Assembly (NCBI GenBank): GCA_002428285.1
Contig: DIVO01000012.1
Span: 10,609-51,422 of the forward strand
Length of the DNA stretch: 40,814 bases
From: Patescibacteria group bacterium UBA6130
Lineage (GTDB): Bacteria; Patescibacteriota; Microgenomatia; UBA12405; UBA6130
Direction of reading: 5' to 3'
Under the pieces are notes generated by a model. That model did no database searches, was not told the DNA's origin, and saw nothing but the letters and a program-made list of their open reading frames with translations. How positions within the stretch are numbered: the first letter of the stretch is position 1; every line of letters begins with the position of its first letter. This document shows, piece by piece, positions 35,055-40,814 of this stretch. Made by a program: the position numbers and the translations under genes.

Positions 35055-36105
35055 CAATTGCATAAATCACTAGACCAACTGCTAAATCCCAAAAATCTCT
35101 CTTGTCAAGATTTGTCTTACCCAAAACTGTCGATCCCAGCCATAGAGAAACGGGAATAACAGAAAGGAAAATTGCCAGCATGTATGCCCCAATTATAAAA
35201 AATGCTAAAGGTATTCCTAATAAAGAAATCAGCAAAAGAATGAACAAAATTGGCGCAAGGAAAAGAGCAATAAATCCAATTACAAAACTTCTGGTTGTTG
35301 ACTTCATAATAATTGAAACTGTCTTCTGAGCAAATCTTGGAAGAAAACGTAAAAATAATATTCCAACAACTAAGGTTGAAACAAACCAGGCAACTTTCAT
35401 TCCTAATGCAATGCTGGCAAAAAAGCTGCCCATTTTTCGTCCAATCGATTTGGGATCTGTATCTATAGAAACTACAGGTTCATTGCGATTCAATGCACCA
35501 GAAATAGTTGAGTCTGAACTGATTACTGCATCTTTCTCACTCCAGTAAGTTAAATCATTTTCCACGTTTGCTCCCGATGAAAGTCTTAATTCCCCAACAT
35601 ATATCTCAGCTTTCCCTCCAACTCTGTTTCCTAAAGTTAAATTGCCCGCTATTGCTCTTAAGCTTCCATTAACTTGCGAATTTACCCTAGCATTACCGGA
35701 AGCAAGAACTAAGGATTTACCAATAGTAGCGGTATCTACTAAAACAACTTCCCCACCTAAGGCAGTTAAACTGCCATTAATCTGCCCGCTAACAATGATC
35801 TGTCCACCTGCAACTCTTACGTCTTGGCCAACATCACCCATGATATTCACACTTCCGCCTGCAGCAATAAGATCACCATTAATTATTCCGTTAATAATCA
35901 CCTGACCTCCGGCAAGATATACATCACCATTGATTGTGCCGTTGATTTCTACCATATCCCCAGCGGCAAAATAATCGTCATCGATTGTCTTGCCTTCTTC
36001 AAGAACCACTACTCTCTCATCACGGTTATCATCTCGGGCATAGATATTAAAAAATGAAGAAGCTAAAACAAAAAAGGCTGCAAAAATTAAAAATAATTTT
36101 TTCAT
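34933..36105 (-). CDS. Membrane protein with a secreted bactofilin-like/polymer-forming beta-helical repeat domain and a C-terminal multi-TM region
   Basis: 390 aa. Signal peptide MKKLFLIFAAFFVLASSFF. Repeats of the type INGDVYLAGGQVIINGIINGDLIAAGGSVNIMGDVGQDVRVAGGQIIVSGQING. At least four hydrophobic helices follow. Confidence 0.7.
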   Translation of the reverse strand: MKKLFLIFAAFFVLASSFFNIYARDDNRDERVVVLEEGKTIDDDYFAAGDMVEINGTINGDVYLAGGQVIINGIINGDLIAAGGSVNIMGDVGQDVRVAGGQIIVSGQINGSLTALGGEVVLVDTATIGKSLVLASGNARVNSQVNGSLRAIAGNLTLGNRVGGKAEIYVGELRLSSGANVENDLTYWSEKDAVISSDSTISGALNRNEPVVSIDTDPKSIGRKMGSFFASIALGMKVAWFVSTLVVGILFLRFLPRFAQKTVSIIMKSTTRSFVIGFIALFLAPILFILLLISLLGIPLAFFIIGAYMLAIFLSVIPVSLWLGSTVLGKTNLDKRDFWDLAVGLVIYAIAIVLPFIGGFVQMIALSFGLGSLLMTIRETYSRFSEKKLV

Positions 36106-36110
36106 ACTTT

Positions 36111-36116
36111 ATTATA
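36111..36116 (-). promoter_or_regulatory. -10 box TATAAT 5 nt upstream of the ATG at 36105 (candidate leaderless transcript)
   Basis: The minus strand reads gaTATAATaaagtATG. Confidence 0.45.
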
Positions 36117-36170
36117 TCAAGAAATGTTAAATTACCACAAAAATTTATTACAACCGGTTATACTAAAATA

Positions 36171-38543
36171 TTAAACAAGAGCAGTCTGGAATACCTTATC
36201 CAAACTATCCACAAAAACAAATTTCAAATCTTTTTTAATGTTTGACGGAACTTCGTTCATATCTTTTTTGTTTTCCTTAGGAAGCATAACTGTTTTTAAA
36301 TCAGCTCTATGGGCGGCTAAAACCTTTTCTTTTACTCCGCCGATTGGCAGAACTTTTCCCCTCAAGGTTATCTCTCCAGTCATACCAATATCTGCATGAA
36401 CCTTCTTTTTTGCAAGAGCTGAATATAAAGCTGTGGCAATAGCGACACCTGCAGAAGGACCATCTTTAGGCACAGCACCTTCAGGAACATGAATATGAAT
36501 ATCTGTTTTTCTACCAAAGTCCTTGCTAATTCCAAATTCATTCCAATGACTCCTCAAAAATGAGACCGCAGCTTGGCAAGATTCTTTCATGACATCCCCC
36601 AGCTTGCCAGTTAAATAAATCTTTCCATTGCCAGGCATTAATGCCACTTCGATAAATAAAATTTCACCGCCAGCTTGAGTCCAGGCCAAACCAGTAGCGA
36701 TACCTATTTCATCCTTTCTTTCTTTAGCCGTATGAGCATACTCTCTTGGACCAAGAAGTTTTTCCAATCTTTTTTTGGTAATATTTTTTTCCACCTTCTT
36801 ACCTTCGGCAATTTTTCTGGCTACTTTCCTTGTGATATTGGCAATTACTCTTTCTAAACTTCTCACCCCTGCCTCTTGCGTATAACTTCTAATCATTTCC
36901 TTAACGGCAGAGTCTTCGATAAGCACATTTTTCCCTGCCAAACCATTATTTTCTATTTGTTTGGGAACAAGATATTTTTTAGCAATATGAAGTTTTTCCT
37001 CTTCGGTATATCCAGAAAACCTGATAATTTCCAATCTATCTCTTAAAGCCGGAGGAATAGTATCCAAAACATTCCCAGTCAAAATAAAAAATACTTCAGA
37101 TAGATCGTAAGGCGCTTCTAAATAATGATCTGAAAAATTGGTATTTTGCTCTGGATCAAGTGCTTCCAATAAGGCAGCTGAAGGATCGCCTCTGTAATCC
37201 GCTCCGATTTTATCTACTTCATCAAGCATAAAAACCGGATTTTTTGTTCCAGCCGTTCTCATAGCTTGAATAATTCTCCCTGGCATTGCTCCAACATATG
37301 TTCTTCTGTGTCCTCTAATTTCTGCCTCATCTCTAACTCCGCCTAAAGAAATCCTTACAAATTCTCTGCCAAGAGATTTAGCGATTGACTTACCCAATGA
37401 AGTTTTGCCAACTCCCGGAGGTCCAATAAAACATAAAATGTTTGGTGTTCCTGGAGTTTTTGAAGTTATTTTGCTCTCTTTTTTCAGTTTCATAACAGCC
37501 AAATACTCCAAAATCCTTTCTTTAACTTTCTTTAATCCATAATGATCGTTATTCAAAATTTTTGAGGCATGTTTTATTGAAATACTTTTTTGACCTTTAC
37601 TCTTCCATGGGACATCTACCAATACCTCAAGATATGTCCTAATATAGCTAGCTTCAGGAGCGATAGAAGGCATACTTTCAAGTCGGCTCAACTCATACTC
37701 CGCCTTCTTCATTACTTCTTTGGGCATGCCTGATTTTTTAATTTTCTTTCGTAAATCAGCTAACTCATCTGGCATCTCCTGTCCAATACCACCCAATGTT
37801 TTCAACTCTCTTTCGATAGTTCTTTTTTTCTCTTCCAAAACAGCTTTTTTCATACTCTTCTCAAACTTAGTCTGAGTTTTTTTATCAATTCTTTTCTCAA
37901 GCTCTAAAACTTTTATCTCACTTGATAAGCCATTAATAACCAAATTTAACCTCTTCTTGATTGAAGCGGCTTCAAGTATTTCCTGTTTTTCGGAAAGAGG
38001 AATTTCTAAGATATAACCAACCTGATCTAATAATTCAGACAAAGGTACACCTGCACTTAATCTGATCATAAAAAAAGGATCAACCGATTTACCTAATCCA
38101 AAAGATCTTCTTAGTTCTTTAACTAAATGAGAAGAGCTTACTCTTGTTTCCTGATCCTCATCTACAACATCGGAAATTTCAACTATCTTAACGGTTTGAA
38201 ATGGTTTTTCATCCTCTTGATCAACCAAACCCACTCTTTTTATTCCTTTAACAACTGCATGTAATCCACCTTCGGTTTGAAATACCTGCTCAATTTCACA
38301 CAATACTCCAGTGTGGTAATAGTCGTTCCATTTTGGGTCTTCTGTTCTTGGGTCTCTCTGAGCCACTAAAACAACTTTCTTGCCATTTTGATATGCAACA
38401 TTGATTGCCATACTGGTTTTTGGACGACCAAATGTTAAGTTAATTTCGACGTGGGGAAAAGGCACTAAATTCCTCAAAGGAATAAGAGGGAAAACATTTT
38501 TGTTTGTTGTGTATTTGTCTGAATTTTTTTCTTTGTTATTCAT
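36171..38543 (-). CDS. lon: ATP-dependent Lon protease
   Basis: 790 aa. N-terminal LON domain, Walker A GPPGVGKTSLGKS, and protease Ser context PKDGPSAGVAIATAL. Confidence 0.95.
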   Translation of the reverse strand: MNNKEKNSDKYTTNKNVFPLIPLRNLVPFPHVEINLTFGRPKTSMAINVAYQNGKKVVLVAQRDPRTEDPKWNDYYHTGVLCEIEQVFQTEGGLHAVVKGIKRVGLVDQEDEKPFQTVKIVEISDVVDEDQETRVSSSHLVKELRRSFGLGKSVDPFFMIRLSAGVPLSELLDQVGYILEIPLSEKQEILEAASIKKRLNLVINGLSSEIKVLELEKRIDKKTQTKFEKSMKKAVLEEKKRTIERELKTLGGIGQEMPDELADLRKKIKKSGMPKEVMKKAEYELSRLESMPSIAPEASYIRTYLEVLVDVPWKSKGQKSISIKHASKILNNDHYGLKKVKERILEYLAVMKLKKESKITSKTPGTPNILCFIGPPGVGKTSLGKSIAKSLGREFVRISLGGVRDEAEIRGHRRTYVGAMPGRIIQAMRTAGTKNPVFMLDEVDKIGADYRGDPSAALLEALDPEQNTNFSDHYLEAPYDLSEVFFILTGNVLDTIPPALRDRLEIIRFSGYTEEEKLHIAKKYLVPKQIENNGLAGKNVLIEDSAVKEMIRSYTQEAGVRSLERVIANITRKVARKIAEGKKVEKNITKKRLEKLLGPREYAHTAKERKDEIGIATGLAWTQAGGEILFIEVALMPGNGKIYLTGKLGDVMKESCQAAVSFLRSHWNEFGISKDFGRKTDIHIHVPEGAVPKDGPSAGVAIATALYSALAKKKVHADIGMTGEITLRGKVLPIGGVKEKVLAAHRADLKTVMLPKENKKDMNEVPSNIKKDLKFVFVDSLDKVFQTALV

Positions 38544-38552
38544 GTAATTAGC

Positions 38553-38581
38553 AGTCTAGCAAAGATCTTGCTAAAAGTCAA
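38553..38581 (-). promoter_or_regulatory. Candidate lon promoter (TTGACT-17 nt-TAGACT) with an embedded inverted repeat
   Basis: The -35 is the reverse complement of 38576-38581 and the -10 is the reverse complement of 38553-38558. The inverted repeat TAGCAA-agatc-TTGCTA (38557-38573) fills the spacer and overlaps the -10. Confidence 0.4.
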
Positions 38582-38611
38582 CGATATTAAGCTTAAAATA
38601 GTCAATTTAAA

Positions 38612-38620
38612 TGGTATAAT
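38612..38620 (+). promoter_or_regulatory. Extended -10 (TGgTATAAT) 5 nt upstream of the thiI ATG (candidate leaderless transcript)
   Basis: The sequence is aaTGGTATAATcaaatATG, with the ATG at 38626. Confidence 0.5.
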
Positions 38621-38625
38621 CAAAT

Positions 38626-39792
38626 ATGAATTCCGAAAGATCTGAAAAATATTCTACTATCCTCATTCATTATAGCGAAATTGCCTTAAAAGGCAAAAAC
38701 AGAATTTTTTTTGAGGAGAAACTAATAAATAATATTATTGTTAGCCTTAAAGAAAAAGGCATCTTGTCTAAAGCAGAAAGATTATTTGGAAGAATATTAA
38801 TTCATACTAAAGATATAGAAAAATCTCTAGATATCCTTAAAAATATTTTTGGTGTTGCCTTTTTTGCCGAAATCGAAGTTGAAGAAAAATTAGTTAAGAA
38901 ATCCATCAAAAAAATGTTGAAAAACAAAAAATTTGAGACTTTTGCTGTCAGGGCAAAGGCTTCATTGTCAAGGAAAAGCTTAAGCAGTAATCAGATGGAA
39001 ATTAAATACGGAAACTTTATTAGGACAAAGTTTAATAAAAAGGTTGATTTAACTAATCCGGATCTGACTGTTTATATAGAAACTATCGATAATAAAAGAT
39101 TTGCCTTATATACCAAAAAGAAACCGGGACTAAGGGGCTTGCCAACAGGATCATCGGGCAAAGCCTTGGTTCTGCTATCAGGAGGAATAGACTCACCTGT
39201 TGCCTCATACAAAGCAATGTCCAGAGGTTTAAGTGTCGATTATATTCATTTTCATAGTTACCCTCAAACCAATAAACAATCCCTAGATAAAGTTAAACAG
39301 CTAGCAACAATCTTAAAAAAATATCATCCACAGCCAAGTGTTTTATATTTTGTCCCCATTCTTGAAGCTCAAAAAGACTTTTTAAACTCCACCGACAATA
39401 AATATCTGGTTTTGCTCTATCGAAGGTTAATGCTGAAAATCGCTCAAAAATTAGCAGATAGACTTAACTCTCAAGCTCTTATAACCGGAGATAGTTTAGG
39501 ACAAGTTGCCAGTCAAACAATTGAAAATATTACCGTGCAAAATTCAGCAGTTGAAATTCCAATATTAAGACCGCTAATAACTCAAGATAAAGAAGATATT
39601 ATAAAACTGGCAAAAAAGATTGGGACCTACGAGCTATCCATACAACCCCATCAAGACTGCTGTTCCCTATTTGTTCCAAAACATCCCACTACAAAAGCTA
39701 AGATTGAGGATATAATAAAACAAGAAGCCGAAATAGATATAAATAATCACATTAAAAAAGCTTTGGAAAAAATGGAAACAGTAAAATTATAA
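38626..39792 (+). CDS. thiI: tRNA 4-thiouridine synthase / sulfurtransferase ThiI (no rhodanese domain)
   Basis: 388 aa. N-terminal ferredoxin-like/THUMP region and the PP-loop LLSGGIDSPVA. Confidence 0.85.
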   Translation: MNSERSEKYSTILIHYSEIALKGKNRIFFEEKLINNIIVSLKEKGILSKAERLFGRILIHTKDIEKSLDILKNIFGVAFFAEIEVEEKLVKKSIKKMLKNKKFETFAVRAKASLSRKSLSSNQMEIKYGNFIRTKFNKKVDLTNPDLTVYIETIDNKRFALYTKKKPGLRGLPTGSSGKALVLLSGGIDSPVASYKAMSRGLSVDYIHFHSYPQTNKQSLDKVKQLATILKKYHPQPSVLYFVPILEAQKDFLNSTDNKYLVLLYRRLMLKIAQKLADRLNSQALITGDSLGQVASQTIENITVQNSAVEIPILRPLITQDKEDIIKLAKKIGTYELSIQPHQDCCSLFVPKHPTTKAKIEDIIKQEAEIDINNHIKKALEKMETVKL

Positions 39793-39794
39793 TC

Positions 39795-40682
39795 ATGAAA
39801 AAGAAAAAGCAAGAAAAACAAAAAGCCGGAAATGTTGTGTTGATAGGAAGGCCTAATGCAGGAAAATCAACTTTAATTAACTCAATAGTTCAACAAAAAG
39901 TTGCAATTACTTCTCCCAAGCCTCAAACCACCAGAAAAGTAATTAAAGCAGCCTATCAGGATGAAAGAGGGCAGATTATTTTTTGGGATATGCCTGGGGT
40001 CTTGAAAAAGAATGTTGACTTAGTTAGTAAAAAAACCAGCGCCGTGCCGGGTAAAAATTTAGATAATGCCGATCTGCTTCTTTACATCATCGATAAAACA
40101 CGAGAAAGAGGAGATGAGGAAAATGTCGCCCTAGGTATTATCAGAAAAATTGATAAGCCCAAAATTATGGTAATGAACAAAATTGATAAACCAGGCAAAG
40201 ATTTTTCTTATCAGTATGATTTTTTAAAGGATGAATTTGACGAATTTTTAGAAATCTCGGCCTTAAAATCAACCCATCTCAAAACCCTTCTGGAAAAAAT
40301 ATTTTCCTACCTACCAGAAAAAAAAGAGGACCTGTTTAGTCAAAAACAGCTCATGGAAAATAAAATACTTAATCAGACATCAAGTGAATTTATTTCTGAA
40401 CTGATAAGAGAAAAAATATTTTTAACACTACGTCATGAACTCCCCTATTCTACTCATGTTGTAGTTGAAAATATGGAAGAAAAGAATGGTGTCTTTCACA
40501 TTAAAGCAAATATTTTGACAAACACCGAACGATACAAAAGAATGATCATCGGTAGAAAAGCCGAAACAGTTAAAACGATTGGAATTAAAGCCCGAAAAGA
40601 AATAGAACTATTTACCGATAAAAAAATATTCTTAAGACTTAATGTAATCACCGATCCTCACTGGCCGGAAAAATATCTTTAA
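39795..40682 (+). CDS. era: GTPase Era
   Basis: 295 aa. G1 GRPNAGKSTLIN, G3 WDMPG, G4 NKIDK, and a C-terminal KH domain (IIGRKAETVKTIG). Confidence 0.9.
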   Translation: MKKKKQEKQKAGNVVLIGRPNAGKSTLINSIVQQKVAITSPKPQTTRKVIKAAYQDERGQIIFWDMPGVLKKNVDLVSKKTSAVPGKNLDNADLLLYIIDKTRERGDEENVALGIIRKIDKPKIMVMNKIDKPGKDFSYQYDFLKDEFDEFLEISALKSTHLKTLLEKIFSYLPEKKEDLFSQKQLMENKILNQTSSEFISELIREKIFLTLRHELPYSTHVVVENMEEKNGVFHIKANILTNTERYKRMIIGRKAETVKTIGIKARKEIELFTDKKIFLRLNVITDPHWPEKYL

Positions 40683-40785
40683 CTCTTTGGATATTTGTTT
40701 AAAAAGTTACTGTTATCTTGAAGAATTTTATGTTATAAAATAGACTGTTCAGATACAAAAAATATAGAAATCTAACTTCTAAAAA

Positions 40786-40814
40786 ATGATTAAAGTAAGC
40801 AATCTTACAAAAAC
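40786..40814 (+). CDS. 5' end of an ORF running off the window (MIKVSNLTK...); possibly an ABC-type ATPase
   Basis: Only 9 codons are visible. MIKVSNLTK is a very common ABC ATP-binding protein N-terminus. This is weak evidence. Confidence 0.3.

Noticed and set aside
36054-36245. 63-aa plus-strand ORF spanning the lon / membrane-protein intergenic region
   Set aside because: It overlaps the ends of two supported minus-strand genes and the TATAAT promoter. The translation is low-complexity and Lys/Ile-rich.
1-40814. Alternative genetic code (UGA recoding as in Gracilibacteria/SR1), CRISPR arrays, rRNA genes
   Set aside because: Full-length conserved proteins (for example lysS and the GT2 gene) terminate at TGA at the expected length, so code 11 fits. 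I saw no regularly spaced direct repeats and no rRNA-like sequence.

Overview
Low-GC bacterial window (about 30-35% GC by eye). Genes are compact, often overlapping, and mostly housekeeping. My inference is a reduced-genome Patescibacteria/CPR-like organism using the standard genetic code. Core genes: secA (partial)-serS-HD hydrolase-lysS-greA on the minus strand; uvrB; a sortase with an adjacent LPQAG-anchored DUF11 substrate; a GT2 gene coupled to a 1135-aa polytopic membrane protein; uvrA-uvrC; tRNA-Glu(CUC); an archaeal/eukaryal-type tyrS; a secreted beta-helix protein; a beta-helical membrane protein; lon; thiI; era. Three accessory segments stand out. (1) 27.46-35.05 kb: about 7.35 kb of cargo bracketed by a 122-bp direct duplication of the 3' end of the gene at 34933-36105. 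It carries a translationally coupled operon (B12-binding radical SAM, SPASM/twitch radical SAM, two paralogous kinase-like proteins) plus a histidine phosphatase, a GT-A glycosyltransferase and a methyltransferase. No integrase and no obvious precursor peptide are visible. This is my best candidate for an undescribed system. (2) 20.0-23.7 kb, next to tRNA-Glu: a four-gene module (beta-RFAP-synthase-like GHMP protein, P-loop kinase, CYTH-domain fusion, DUF62 SAM-hydrolase-like protein) with no pathway I can name. (3) 9.5-11.1 kb: a patch of about 55-60% GC with one Shine-Dalgarno-led membrane ORF and a long structured non-coding tail. Six genes have a perfect TATAAT only 5-6 nt upstream of the ATG, which suggests leaderless mRNAs. 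There are also two promoter-plus-terminator units that could be small RNAs or leaders. All functional calls rest on motifs I read in the translations, not on database searches.
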